Shown in pieces: positions 13,890 through 28,339 of a stretch of 64,000 bases of DNA (positions are counted from its first letter, which is position 1; every line of letters begins with the position of its first letter). The translations under genes and the position numbers were made by a program. The notes beneath the pieces were generated by a model. That model saw only the letters and a list, made by a program, of their open reading frames with translations, did not search any database and was not told where the DNA came from. This DNA comes from the human T2T-CHM13v2.0 reference genome, Homo sapiens. The stretch lies in NCBI RefSeq assembly GCF_009914755.1, contig NC_060925.1; one strand, given 5' to 3'.

Positions 13890-14300
13890 GAATTCTATCC
13901 ATCCTATTGTTCAAGTCCATGCTTACGCATCATGTTTGATTCCTATTGTCATTTTGTGCAAACGCTTATTCTTCTTTCACTCCATCAGTAAGCCTTGAGG
14001 CTCTATATCCAAAATACATTTAAATTCTAGCCATTACAACCATCCTGGCCCAAGCCATTATCATCCGCCATCCTTATTCCTGCAACAAGCTCCAAATTAG
14101 TCTCCCAGCTTTAACTCCTTTTCCCTTATAGTCCATACTACACACCACAGCCAGAAACACCCTTCTAAAACATGAGTCTGATCATTATCATCCCCTGCTT
14201 AAAATCTTCCAATGATCTCCCATTACAAATAAAATAAAACCCAAACTCTTTACCAAAGGTCTTGTCTGAACTAAGCCTATCTGCCTTTCTGGCTTCACCC
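13890..14300 (+). mobile_element. L2 fragment
   Basis: cccaagccattatcatc..cacagccagaa..cttaaaatcttccaatg. Confidence 0.65.
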
Positions 14301-16912
14301 CTTTCCCTTTTTATTTGTTAATCTTATCTACCAGTATCGGAAATTACACACTTTGGGTTTTTTTTTTTAACCTGTTTCTTAGATATCTACTCCAACTAGG
14401 ATATAAACTCTTATTAACCAATGTATTCCAGAGGCTGTAATTATGCCTAACATTATGTATTGGGTGGATGAATAAATGAGAGGAATGAGAAAACTTAATG
14501 ATATAAAGGTGAAAAAATAATAACAGATGCATGTTTGAATATTGAGAAAATTATTTTTAAAAGTATTGACTAAATAGAGCAATTCAAGAAGGTTAATGTC
14601 TTTACATAGAGGACAAGATTACATTTTTGCCCATCTTCTTCTGTTTTTTTTTCCACCCTCCCTTCCTACCTCCTCCTTTCCATAAACCATATCCCAGTAC
14701 CTTATACTGTCTAACACATTAAAGGCTCTCCCCTGGCCCCTAGAAAAAAAAATGAGAGTTGAGAACCTTTACTTAGACATCCAAAAAATATAGTGAACTT
14801 CCCTCAATTCTTATCAGTGGTAGCTTACCATGTCTAGTAAACTTGCCTAATGAAAAGTCACCCTGAGAAGTTATTCTTGCTCTGATGTAGTGATCATCTG
14901 ATATTGGGTTAAACCAGTTGATTTCCTTTCTTTGAAGACATGTTCAGTCAAAGAGATCAACAAACCAGTAAAAAAACTCCTAATGAGAAACAAAAGGTAA
15001 AAGAAACTAAACCATAATCATAAACCAGGTAAAGTTTAAATATTGAAAAACAAGTGGGAAAAGATGTTAAAATAGCATTTCAAGAACATTGACCTAAATA
15101 TTTAGAAAGACCCCTGTATTGACTGATATTTTCCTCCTTGTGTGAATTACAACTCCCCCATCCCTTCTCCAGCCAATGGGATTACCTCCTGCTAGTTCCA
15201 GAAGGTAACTGCAGGACAATCAACCTGTGAAGGCTTCTCCTCTCTTTAAATGCCCACAGGGCTTTGTTTGTCATTATCAAATGCTGCCTTCTATTAAAAT
15301 TTTGTTATGCATAGTTTATTCCCCATAGAAGCTTTTTACTTCGTAGATCTAAAGATTATTTTATCTTTGGCTCCTGCTACCTTTATAAAGGTTTCCCAGT
15401 GCCTTATAATGTGAGCCACACTAAAATATTTTCTGTGCATGAGTTTGATTTCAGAACAAAGTGGAGAATCACTCCTTTAGAAGTTATGGGAAATTTTTAA
15501 AGAGTTTTTTTTTTAACACAATTATGTCATGAGGAATGTAGTCCTTTCAATGAGTAACTTAAAAAAGGATTTGGAAAATAATCTCAATTTTGCATGCTGG
15601 AAGGAGTTCTACAGTGTAGCTTTTCAATTCTAGCACATCATTTCAAAAAAAACCTGCATTACAAAAAAACTGCCATACAAACTGCCTTACTTCATGTTAG
15701 AGTGATATGTTTTCTTTTCTTTATGAAGTGAGAGAGAAGTAGACAAGCCAGAGAAGTAAACAAAGGCCATCTAAGCTAAACAAGTGTCCTTAATCCACAT
15801 CTGAATTCAGTCCTTAAGACTCAGAAAATACTGCTTTTGATAACTGTTTTCAGTGTTTACAGGTATGACGAAAGTGATCAGAGCAAAAAGGCACCATTTC
15901 AGTGACAGCTAAAGCTACTCAAGACACCATTTTTTGACTGAAGCCAAGAGCCTTGGTAAGAGGGCTATTAAGCATTCCAGTCTCAGCTGACTCCTGCTGT
16001 TGCAATGTATGTCCACTATTCTAGCATGTATTTTGGAGATGTATTTTAGGATATCATTCAAATATTTCTTCTGTTCCTTTCTGCAAAAAAGAAACCCCAC
16101 TGTAGAGAGCTTTGTGATCTACTCTCCCTATGTTTGACCCAGGAAAGTTCTCCATTTAGTAGTATTTAGAGGGTGAGGAGATTTGTACGTATTTTGACTT
16201 ATTGTTGATAATTGTGCCCTGCCCCCTGGAATTCAAGTCAAGTCAGTGGCCTCTGCTGATGAAATTGCTTTTGAGGCAACTTGACCTTGACTCTATGAGA
16301 GTTTATGTCTCACAGCTATAGATGTTAAATCCTGTCATGGATTTATAGGCTCAAAATGGTCTTGATGCCAAACTGTCCCCAAATGGTGTTTCTGTTCTGT
16401 TCTTCTTAGGATTTTTCCACCTCACCACTTACTCTTCACTCAGCTTCATGGGATGGAAAAAACATTATTCATTGAGGGGACTGGGAATAGCAGAGTTTGC
16501 AACCAGCTGGACACTCAGGAAATCTTACCCTATGGGTCTCAGTTTCTTCCTCTTGGACTAAAACTAGATTGCTAGTCTTTTAACACTAAAATTCTACTGC
16601 TTCTTTTTCACACTTTCTCGCTCACAGATCTCTAGCTTTGTTCTCAACCTACTCCTTTCTAAAAAAAGAAATCAAATGTCACCCAGAATTTTCACTTTCC
16701 CTGAAGTAAACGTCCTCAGTGCATATGAACCATCAAATGGCTTATAATCCTGGGTTGAGGTCTACACAGAATTTGATTCAAGTGCATACTTTATATTTTT
16801 TGCAAATATTAATGAGCTATACCATGAAAAAGACATAATTACTGTTAACCTTTATTGTTATTATTTTATCAATGTGAAAATAAACTAAGCTCTATTTGCT
16901 CTACTCTTGTTT

Positions 16913-18023
16913 TGATACCAAACTAGGCTTGTTCTGCCCAGCATGCAGTAAGTCAGTTACTGAGATAACAAGTGTATTAATCCGTTTTCATGTTGCTGAT
17001 AAAGACCTACCTGAGACTGGGCAATTTATAAAGAAAAAGAGGTTTAATGGACTCAGTTCCACGTGACTGGGGAGGTCTCATGATGATGGTGAAAGGCAAA
17101 AGGCATGTCTTACATGGTGGCAGGCAAGAGACGGCATGCAGGGGAACTCTCCTTTATAAAATCATCAGATTTCATGAGACTCATTCACTATCACGAGAAC
17201 AGCATGGGAAAGACCCAATCCCATGATTCAATTACCTACCGCTGGGTCCCTCCCACAACACATGAGGATTATGGAAGCTACAATTCAAGATGAGATTTGG
17301 GTGGGGACACAACCAAACCATATCAACAAGTTTTGCAGTAAAGAGAAGATTTTATTCACAGGACAGCCCAGCAAGGAGATGGAAGAACAGCTTTCAAATC
17401 CACCTCTCCAAAGATAGGGCTTAGAGATATTTATGGGGTAAAGAAGCAGGGTGGTCTAAGGTGTGGGGAAGGTGATTAGCAGTGGGGAAAAATGAATAGG
17501 TGGTCTGAGCATGCATAATCAAGGTTCATGACTCTTCATAGGACACATGTTCAGAAAATGGTGGCATTAGCATGCTGTGAAGGTGAGGTTTTTGGCCTTC
17601 TGGTATCAGAAAGTCACTTCTTGGGCATTTGTGCAGGCCCAGTTGAAGGGCCTGCAACTCTCTTCTTTCCTTCTTCTATCTGCTTTCTCATTCTCCTATT
17701 ATCCTTACTCCATAGTAATAAGGCCCAGGAGTCAATGGGCAAGGTAGAAAGAGGGTTGGTGGTCTCTTTCAAGTAGTTTAACTTGGGTAAGAACACCTAG
17801 TTCCTGAAAACAAAAACAAAAACAAAAACTTTAAGCAACTATTACCATAGTGACATACATGCCAGAGACGTTGTCTATAAGGAAGCTAGTGACAGATTAG
17901 ATGTATATTGTTTGGCTACATGACTTTTAGCTATATGGGCTTTGAGATCAACTAGAAGTAAGCAATAAAAAGCAAGCAAGGCAGGCTGTTTGGTGGGCCT
18001 CACCATGTTAGACCTGGGTTTCA
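16913..18023. mobile_element. ERV1-class solo LTR interrupted by THE1
   Basis: TG...CA ends with 4-bp TSD gttt (16909-16912 / 18024-18027). Confidence 0.6.
16973..17325 (-). mobile_element. THE1 (ERVL-MaLR) solo LTR
   Basis: tgtattaatccgttttcatg...ggggacacaaccaaaccatatca; perfect 5-bp TSD acaag. Confidence 0.92.
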
Positions 18024-18491
18024 GTTTTCTATTTCATAGGCTCTGAGCCTTCTTAAATATGAAAAACTCTCATTAGTGGCCCATATCTAGCACCTTCTAA
18101 AAACAGAGGTGGAATGGATTTCTTTGTGGCTGTGCCTCATAAATCCCACTCTCACCTCAGGGAATTCATCCCTCAGAGATTCCTTCATTTGCTATCTGGT
18201 GGGAAGTATCTGGAATGGAACCAACAACTTTAGACAGCTCCAGACTTTGTTAAGTGCCTACAAAGAGTGTGTCTTTCATTCCTTCTCATTTGGCGCATCC
18301 TCCTCCCAAATACTCTCAGATTATTTCCCTTCTGTCCATATTCACTCATGCATTCGTCTAGTCCTCTATCTGTCTACTCAAAGAAAAAGAGCACCCTCAT
18401 ACACTGTTGATGGTAATCTAAGCCGGTATTTTTTTCCTGGAAAACAACTTGAAAATATACACATCTGTAGTCTTAAAAATAGTGGGGATTT

Positions 18492-18822
<331 letters not shown>

Positions 18823-20172
18823 CTAAGCATGGCATTGCATTCAGAGTAACAACTGTCCTTCAGCCAATGAGAAATTAAAAGCAAATAGAATCTAATGTAG
18901 GCTCTCAAAAACATCAAATCTGGAGTGTATTCAAAACTCCCAACAAAACCTTCTGAAATGATATTGCCCCAGTCAATCTGAATCTCTTTCATGTGCTTTG
19001 CAGTTATTCCAAAAGCAAGACAAAGGAAGATTGAGCAGGCTCCTCTTACGCTCTAGACCATCAATATTCTCTCCCCAGCTCACTTCAGACTCTCTTCTTT
19101 CCCTCTTTGTTTTCTCATTCCCCTGTTATCCTTACTCCATTCCCCCACTAGTAATAAGGCCCAGGAGCCAACGGGGCAGATAGAAGGAGGGTGTGGAGCT
19201 CGGAATTGGCCAGTGTTTCAATCCCTTTTATTCAAAATTGCCCTTTGGTGGGCCATTTCATTAGTGAGATTTTATCAAAAGAAACGTGTATGCGTCATAC
19301 AATTGTCTATAACGCTAAAGAATTAAAATAACTTGAATATCCAAATATAAGCACACTGCCTACAATCAAATGTAATGCAAGTATTAAATGCTTTTACTTC
19401 AGACATCTTTTGACGTGGAAATGTATTTAGAGTACACTTTTCATTTTTTGAAAGAAATTATGAAAGAAAATATACAACCTGTTACCATTTTGAAAAGAAA
19501 TATCATGTATTTTATATACATAGAAAATGTTAATATTGGTTGCCATTGGTGGTAAAATTGTGAGGAATTACTTTTTTCTTCACATTTACCTGTATTTTCT
19601 AATTCATTAGAATTTGTGGTTTATATCAGAGATAAAAAGACAAAATACAAGCCATACAAATATTATTCCTCTCTGGGAATTTACTGCCTGGTGGAAGTCA
19701 GACAAGACTATAAATAAATAATTCAATGTACTTGAGACATTAAAACACATCTATATACATATATATATATAATTACAGAAGAAAAGGCAAACAAGTCTTT
19801 TGGAGGAGTAGAGGTATCAGGAAAAACTACACTGAGGATATGAGTCTTAAAGGAAAGGTAGGCATTTTCCAAAAACTGAATATAAGGCAGGGAAGGATAG
19901 TATTCAAAGGCATGGAAGAATAAAAGTGCATGGCATATTCAGAAAACATATAGTAAATTTAGTATGCCTATTACAGATGGTGCAAGAGAATAGTGCATGA
20001 GATAGTGCATGAGAATAGTGCATAATGAACTGGAGAAAGAGGTTGGGATCACATGTAAGAATCCATTATGTCATATTGAAAATTTGGAATTTTTTCCTGA
20101 AAAGATAAGGAGCTAATAAACAACTGTAAGACAAAAATAATCATTCAACATCTTATTTAGAAGATAATTAGT

Positions 20173-20467
20173 GATTGGGCATGATGGTTCATGCCTATAA
20201 TCTCAGCTGTTTGGGGGGCCGAGGCAGAAGGATCACATGAACCCAGGGGTTTGAGACCAGCCTTGGCAACATAGCAAGATCCTGTCTCTACAAAAATTAA
20301 AAAAATTAGCCAGGCATAGCAGCACACCTGTAATCACAGCTACTTGGGAGGCCAAGGCAGGAGATCACTTGAACCCAGGAGTTCAAGGTTGCAGTGAACT
20401 ATGATCTCAGCCTTGCATGCCTGCCTGGGTGACAGAACAAGAACCTGTCTAAAAAGAAAATAAAAAG
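20173..20467 (+). mobile_element. AluJ inside L2 (L2 ~19660-20920, minus strand)
   Basis: Diverged Alu; TSD agaagataattagt / agaagatgactagt. Confidence 0.9.
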
Positions 20468-22489
20468 AAGATGACTAGTTCTAGTGCAGAGTACAGATTG
20501 AATGCATACAGACTGGGGAAAGAGGGTTATTAGAAAACGGATGCAGTAGCCTGGTAAAAGCTAATGAGGGCCCCATGTAAGGACAGAGCTGTGGGTAGCA
20601 GAAGATCTGCTGTGAGAGAGACTGAAGAGGAACAATCAATAGGACGTATTGCCTAGCTTCATGTATACTGGTAGGTAGAGAGGGGTGTTAAATATTCACC
20701 GAGCTACCCTGGTTGGGTGAATTAGTGAATGCAATTGCTATTCTCTAAGATATGAAATATATAAGGAGGAAGAAAGTTTATGGAATACAGAATACAGAAG
20801 AAGGAGAATGAGAGGGCTGAGGAATGGGAATAAGTCAACTTTTAGCTATGTTGAGAGGGAGATGCCTATAGACAGGTTCAGTAGTCACAGATGGAGTTCA
20901 GGACGAAGATCAAGACTAGAGTAAAAGTCATAAATTTTCTTAAGAGCACTCAGGAATGTGCATCATTCACCTTCTCATAAGAGGGAAAATCAAGACCACT
21001 GCTTGGCTTTAGAGATCAATTCCAGATGACACAGATTAGAGAACTCAGGGTAAGGATTAAATAATAAAACAATATTTGGCATAACATATGCAATTCTGGA
21101 AGATGTAATATTTACTAACAAAGTATGAAGACACTGATGTGCTTATTGCATTGTAAGTAGAGTTAACAGTCTGATTCTTCTCATTGCATTGATATACCCA
21201 AAGATCAAAATCTTGAGACGTCAAACTATAGTTTCATGACCAAATATGGATTTCAACACTATTAACAAGCTTTTTAAAAGTTAGATAGACAGAAAACTCA
21301 GAAACATTCATGATTCTTAAGGATTAGGGAAGGTGTTATACGCTTCATTAAGTCAAAAGTAGTTGACACATGTTTAATATTGCACTATCAGATTAATTTC
21401 AAATATATTATATCAAAAGACATAAAATGTACGGAATTTTTATAATCCTGTTTCCTCTTCCTAATAGGATCACAGTTTTTCCCTTTCCTTCTTTCTTTTT
21501 ATTTTTTTGTTGCTTATCAGTTCAATGTAAGATTCAAGGGTCAACATTTATAAATTTAAATGGTTTACAGTTTTCTCATGATCATTGGCTACTTGAACAA
21601 TTGCTGCTAGAGGGGTCACATGGGAACTGACAGAAAAGCTCAGCAACGGAAGACTGGAGAAGCATACCTCAACATTTATAGAAAGGAAATATTCAAATAA
21701 TATTTTTAAGTGGTAGGTTAGGCATCCCTATACAGCACATGACCTGTAAATAAGGAAGTATGACGAGACAGAAGAAAGTGGAGAAGCGAGATAATGATAC
21801 ATTGGGTAAATCCATAATTATGTAACCAAGGACTGTCCTCAAAGTCTTGTACACACAAACAGGCTAGACTGGTTATTCATAAAAATGTTTAATTTGCAAA
21901 ATTATTTTGTGAGCAAACATCTCACTATCGTGAACGTTTGGTGCTTCGAAACAAATACAGAAACTTTTCATAATTGTTCATGTCCTTACTGGGAACAGTC
22001 CTGTCTCTATTAAGGCTTTACCCTCAGAACCAGAATCAAAAAATAGTTTTGTTTCTCCCAGCTGTCTAACCCTGCCCAATTTCTTCTCTCCTGTGCTGTC
22101 CTCCTTCACTATTTATGCTCAGCAACCCAGCTGTGCCTTAACCAAGAGTGTGTGGTGCGCTTAGCATGCTTTACACACCACATTTTCTTTCCACTTATAT
22201 ATTTCTGTCTTAGTCCTTCCTGCCAGCTTAACAACTCAAGATGGCACTGGCAGTTATTCCCAATTAAGCACTTTTTACAGAAAGTGAGAGGGGAAAGAAA
22301 ATTACAGTCTGAAAGCTATATTGTTAGCCACGCCCTTTACTACCCCTTCTGGCTGAACCGACGTAACACCTACTATTGTATTTTTTCTTTAAATTTATTT
22401 GAACCTCCGTTACACAGAATTGCGGTCATATTTATACGAGCTCTATTTCCTTACACAGTATTATGACTGGTCTTGGAGAAAACACTTTT

Positions 22490-23140
22490 ACTTCCTTGTT
22501 TGTTTGTTTATTAATAATAATAACAATAAGCGGCCATGAATCTACTACTCAACACAAGAAGTGACAGAGTGCCAGTGACTTCATCAACTCTGTACTCGTC
22601 CCCCACCCATTAGAAGCATTATGTCAAGTCTTATTTGTCACTCCCTTGCCTCTTTATATATAGTTTTATCCTATATTATTTACATATTTATCTCATGTAT
22701 ACACGTACATATGAATACTACTTATGTGTTTCAAAAACTATGTATTTGCATATGTCTATAGTTTAGTTCTGATTGTTTTCATTTTGTATCATGCAGTATA
22801 AAATTATCTGAGTCTTATTTTTTCACTTACAGTCTTGCTAATATATTCATATCATATCTCACTGTGTGAATATGCCATAATGTGTTCGTTCATTCCTCTC
22901 TGATAGTCATTCGGGCTATTCCCCGCTTTTTTGTTTGTCTATTTTAGTTATGAAAGGCACTACACTGAACAACCTGGCACATGTCACCCAATATACATAT
23001 AGCAAAAGTTTCTCCTGTGTATATGCCTTTAAGAGGAATTGCTGGTTTGTTCAATATGTGAATATCCAACTTGAAAAGATAATTACAAGCAATGTGTAGG
23101 AGATCCCATTAGGCCTCATCTTCTCTAGCACTTAATATTT
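22490..23140 (-). mobile_element. Ancient L1M 3' fragment
   Basis: actgtgtgaatatgccataatgtgtt..ggaattgctgg..atgtgaatat. Confidence 0.55.
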
Positions 23141-23656
23141 TCATGAGCCTAAGTTAGATTTAATCTTAATGTGCCCACACTACCCGAGATCCTTTATTCT
23201 CCCATAAAAACAATTAATACATGTTCAGTTGGCAAACACGTAAGCGTTGGAAAGGTATGAATTGGCATCTGCCAACCTTAGAAATATTGAGGCAGAATCT
23301 CCACCTTGGTCAGCCCTCCTCCTCTGAGATCCTGGAATCAATTTTCATCAAAGAAAAAGAAAGTAACAAACCCATGCAACCAGACCATTGGCCCATCATT
23401 GGCTTAGAGCTGATCCTATTCCAACACAGTCACTGAGAGCTTTGTTTGCAGCATTATATATTGTAGCTCCTTTACTGTGGTTGAATTTTTAGGAGATGGA
23501 TGAATGGATTTCTTGCTTCTGAATCCCAGGATCTCTCCTTTTAGGCCATTTCCCTACATTAGATTTTCACTGATCACTTGTTGTTTAGATTGTGGCTTTA
23601 GTGTCCTACTTGCCTTTCTCCCTACCTGTTTTCTCAGTAAGAGAGACTCATTTCTA

Positions 23657-23721
23657 TTAGGTTGATGCAAAAGTAATTGTGGTTAACGGTAAAAACCATG
23701 ATTCCTTTTGCACCAATCTAA
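23657..23721. mobile_element. MADE1 mariner MITE (internally deleted)
   Basis: TIRs ttaggttgatgcaaaagtaattgtggtt / aaccatgattccttttgcaccaatctaa; TA TSD on both sides. Confidence 0.9.
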
Positions 23722-24696
23722 TAAATGAACCTCCTGTGTCTTCATTCCAACTCTCACGACCTGTTGTCTTTTGTGATAATTGACTTCCTAAAAGAAAGAA
23801 GCAGAAGCTTCTGGACAAGTTAAGGACTATGCTTGGAAATGGCTCAAGGGTAACTTCTACTGCATTTTTTTGGTCAAAGCTACCACAGGCCTTTCTAGAT
23901 TTAAGAGATTGTAGAAATAAACCCCATGTGTTGATGAAGGAGTATCAAGATCACACTGGAGAAGAGCATGTAGGATAAAGGATATCATCATGACCATCTT
24001 TGAAAAATACAATTTGCCACATTTGTCAAGAAAAAATTAATCTTTTTCATGTGTGTTTTCTAGAACTTGACTTATTCTTTTTGTTTTTTACATTGATTTT
24101 TACCTGTGAGCCCAGGGCTATTTTGCAAGGGGTCTGTGAAATAACATGCCTACAAAATTTTGAGTAAGTAGGATAAAATTATATGACTTAAACACATAAT
24201 TATTTTTAAAGTATATGTAGATGATTTGTGACTAAATTTATTATATATTTTTAAACAATCCATGTTAGAAATTCAAATAATATAAAAGAATCTGCAAATT
24301 TTTAATGTAAAAAGTGGGCCTCCATACTCAAAAGTGGTTCATTAAACATTGATACATTTATACCTTTGTCTCTTTTTACTAAATAGGGTGTTTACTGGGC
24401 ACAAGGACTTATCTTGGTAACCTTTGAGTCCCTAAAATTTAGCAGATTAAGTTATATTTAGTAGGGGCTCAATAAATTTTGGCTTCACTTGGTTACAAAC
24501 TTTACTTAAAAATGTAATCTCTACCATTATTTATACACTGAACAAATATATATGAAGCACTTACTATGTTACAAACACAATGGTAGATGCTAGGAATAAA
24601 ATGGTGAGCAAAACCTGTTGATAGCTTAGAAGGACAGACAGATATTGATTATAGAATCACTCTAAAGATGTAAATTTTCTGTTGTTGTAAGCTCTT

Positions 24697-25108
24697 TGTA
24701 TTAGTTTGCTAGGCTTGCCAAAATAAATAAATCACCACAAACCAGGTAGCTTAAGAAACAGAAATGTCTTGTCTCACAGTTCTGGTGCTAGAAGTCCAAA
24801 ATCAAGGTGTCGGCAGGGTTGGTTCCTTCCGAGAGCTGTGAGGGAAAGATCTGTTCCGGGTCCCTCTCCATGGCTTGTAGATGGAAGTCTTCTCTCTGTG
24901 TCTCTTCACATCATCTTTCCTCAATGCGTGTCTGATTCCCCTTTTTATAAAGACACAAGTCATATTGGACTAAGGCCCACCCTAATGATATCATCTTAAC
25001 TTGATTACCTATATTAAGATCCTATCTCCAAATAATGTCACATTCTTACGGTACTGGGGGTTAGGACTTGAACATATGAAGTTGGAAGGATGCAATTTAC
25101 CCCAAAGA
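24697..25108 (-). mobile_element. MLT1 (B/C-type) MaLR LTR inside L2
   Basis: tgtattagtttgctagg..tcacagttctgg..aagtccaaaatcaaggtgtcggcaggg..gggggttaggact. Confidence 0.85.
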
Positions 25109-26935
25109 TAAAGTTCAAAGCACTGTGAGAACTCATAATTGCAGGATTTGAGGAAGGGTGGCCCAGGAAATCTTTTTTTAGAGAGTGAAGCTGAGTGGAG
25201 ACCTGGAGGATGAATGGAAGTTTACTATGTAAAGAAGAAAGATAACACTTCTGGCCATGGATATAATACACGCTAAACCCCTCAGCAAGGGGCAGCATGG
25301 CAAATACAATGGCTAAAAGAAGGATAGCAAGGCTGGGGCAGAAGGGTGACATGATCAGATTTGTATATTTTAAAATGTGGGGAAAATCTGAGGCCTATGG
25401 TGATGTCATTTTTTTTCCAGAGAGGATTTATGTTTGTTTCTGTTGGGTGGCTGTGATTACCAGCAATCAAAAATTAATGCAATCTGATCAGGACTAGAGA
25501 TGATTTCCAGACAGGCCCTTGGATCATTGGTTTCCTTCCAGTTTGCCCTTCTCCTGGGATGTACCTGTTTAGGGTCCTGATCTAAAACATAAGGGGTTTA
25601 TCAGAACCTGCCCTCCTGAGCAAGGGGTGCGGGAGTGTCCCAGACTCCAAATTTTGTACTTCTAGTTTCATGAGTCTGTCAAAAATTCTACTGAAGTCCT
25701 CAGCCTCTCTTGCATTTGTAGATGCCTGTAGGCATGGCTCCAAATGCCAGGTCATCTCTCTGCGTCTCCTTTTCCTCTCAGTAGAGGTATTAGTTCAAAT
25801 GACCTATTACACCATCACCCTAAATTACTGCTTGTGGAAAATAAATTGGAAAGAGGCAAAATGAATGCTGGTAGAATACACAGAAAATTTGATATTAGTT
25901 AAGCATAATGATTCCAATAACTAGAGGCAGAAAGGTGAAAATGAAAAGAGATGGGTAGATGGAAAAACATTGTAAGGTAGAACTGGCAGAACTGGGAATG
26001 GAGTATCAAGGAGAGACGGTGACTCCTAGCTTTCTAGTTTGAGCAACTGGATGGATGGCATATCATTCACTTACATAGGGAATATGTGGAGAGAATTGAT
26101 GAGATGGGAGGCGATGATCGCAAGTTTCAATTCGGATCTGTTGATTTTGAGGTGCTTTGAGACATACAAGAAGCTGTATCACTTAAACATTTGCATGCAT
26201 GAGCTCAAAAAACAGATCTGGATAGGAAATATACATTTTCACATCATCATGGATGGAGAAGACAGACTTGGATGGAGATTTGAGAAACTCCAATATTTGT
26301 CCGTCTTTGCAATGGTGAAAGAGGAAAAGTGGGACTGGCCAGAGACGTATGAAGAAAACCAGAAAATGAGAGAAGGTTAATGTTTCCAGAAGGTTTAGTT
26401 AACGGTATTGACTACTGTTGAAAATTCAAGTGTGATAATTATATACAGATGACTTTACCAAATACAGGTTGCCAGTGATGAGGTAGTAAACTACCACAGC
26501 CTATATAAAGCTACTGGTAGGGCAACACTCTAAAGCTTTAAAAAGACAAGAGATCAGAAAAAATTCTTCATGATCTCAGAATAGGCAAAGATCTCTTGAA
26601 CAAGACATTTGTAATTGCATTAAAAATAAAATGACTATTGTAATTGCATTAATAATAAAATAAAAGATTGGTGAATATGGTTACATTAAAATAAACAGCT
26701 TCTCATCCTCAAAATAGACTATAGCATTTAAGAAGCAAGACACAGAATGGAAGATATTTTTAATGTTTAAAAATGACAAAGACTCTATATTCAGACTCTA
26801 TGAACAACTAAACAAAAGAAAAAGAAAGAAAAGAAAAAAGATAGGCAACCCAATAGAAAATGGGCAAAAGATCTAAACAGACACTTGGTGAAAGAGGAGA
26901 TCCAAACAGCCAATCAATATATGAAAAAGTGCTCA

Positions 26936-26990
26936 CTGCACTCCAGCCTGGGTGACAGAGCGAGACTCTGTCTCAAAAAAAAAAAAAAAA
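26936..26990 (+). mobile_element. Severely 5'-truncated Alu
   Basis: Last ~40 nt of Alu plus A16; perfect TSD aaaaagtgctca. Confidence 0.9.
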
Positions 26991-27476
26991 GTGCTCAACT
27001 TCTTTAGTAATTAAGCATATGCAAAGTAAAACTACATTCCTCTCCGACTTACCAGCTCCCACCCTCCCACTCCACAATAATGAAAAGTTTGAGAACATCA
27101 AGTGCTGGCAAAGATAAATTTTCAGAAGCTGCTGGTGTTACAACCAACTCTTGAAACAGTTTGGCATCAGAAAAGTGACGGTACATAAACTTTTGACCAG
27201 ATATTCCACTTCCATGTATAGAACCCTTGAAAAAAAGTTATCATATATGTACCAGAATTCCTGCACACACACACAAATGTTATTTGAAGCATTGTTAACA
27301 TATTCCCAGACCAGAAACAACTCAAGTGTCCTTTGACAGTAGGGCAGATAATCTGTGATCTTTCATTTAATGAAGAATCATATAGAAACAAAAAAAAAGA
27401 TGACCTTAAGTTTATATGTAACCATATAAATGAATCCCACAATGTTGCCTTAGAGAAGCAAGATGCAAAAACAAAC

Positions 27477-27480
<4 letters not shown>

Positions 27481-27518
<38 letters not shown>
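27481..27518 (+). repeat. (CA)n microsatellite
   Basis: Pure CA run. Confidence 0.95.
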
Positions 27519-27520
<2 letters not shown>

Positions 27521-27529
27521 GTGATTCTA

Positions 27530-27745
<216 letters not shown>

Positions 27746-28238
27746 CTAAAATGTAAAAAAGCAAGAATGGGTTATCACAAAAGTCAGAATAATGTTTACG
27801 TCTATGTGAGAGGAAGAGGACTGTAACTGGGGAGGAGGTGGGGGGAGTTTTGGAGGAATGACGCTATTCTACTTTTTGACCAAAGTAGTGGTTATAAGGG
27901 ATATAAGGCTATAAAGAATTGCTTTCTAATTATTCTGTAAGATATATATGTTTTATGTTCTTTCTGTTTGAAAATTACCTCACTATAAAAAAGTAAAAAA
28001 AAAAAAAAACTACTTCTAAAATCATATTACTTAATCTTGAATAAATATTGCTATTTTTGCCACTGATACTTTTCAGCAGAAATTGAGTAAATCAATGTGA
28101 TAAATGAGGCTGGTAAAATATGACCACACACAATGTGAGGCTAGTAAAACATAGCCTCACATGATGTTTCATTTTGCTGCTAAAAATTCCCTATATTTGT
28201 GGAATCAGATAAATATTTAATTTTTTTTTAATTTCTAG

Positions 28239-28334
<96 letters not shown>

Positions 28335-28339
28335 TGAAC

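Noticed and set aside
19985-20024. Three copies of gagaatagtgcat; similar short arrays at ~11150-11195 and ~59638-59682
   Set aside because: Simple slippage duplications with no spacers; not CRISPR-like
25400-25790. Possible old LTR fragment; also possible MLT1/MER fragments at ~23770-24350
   Set aside because: Too diverged to assign by eye
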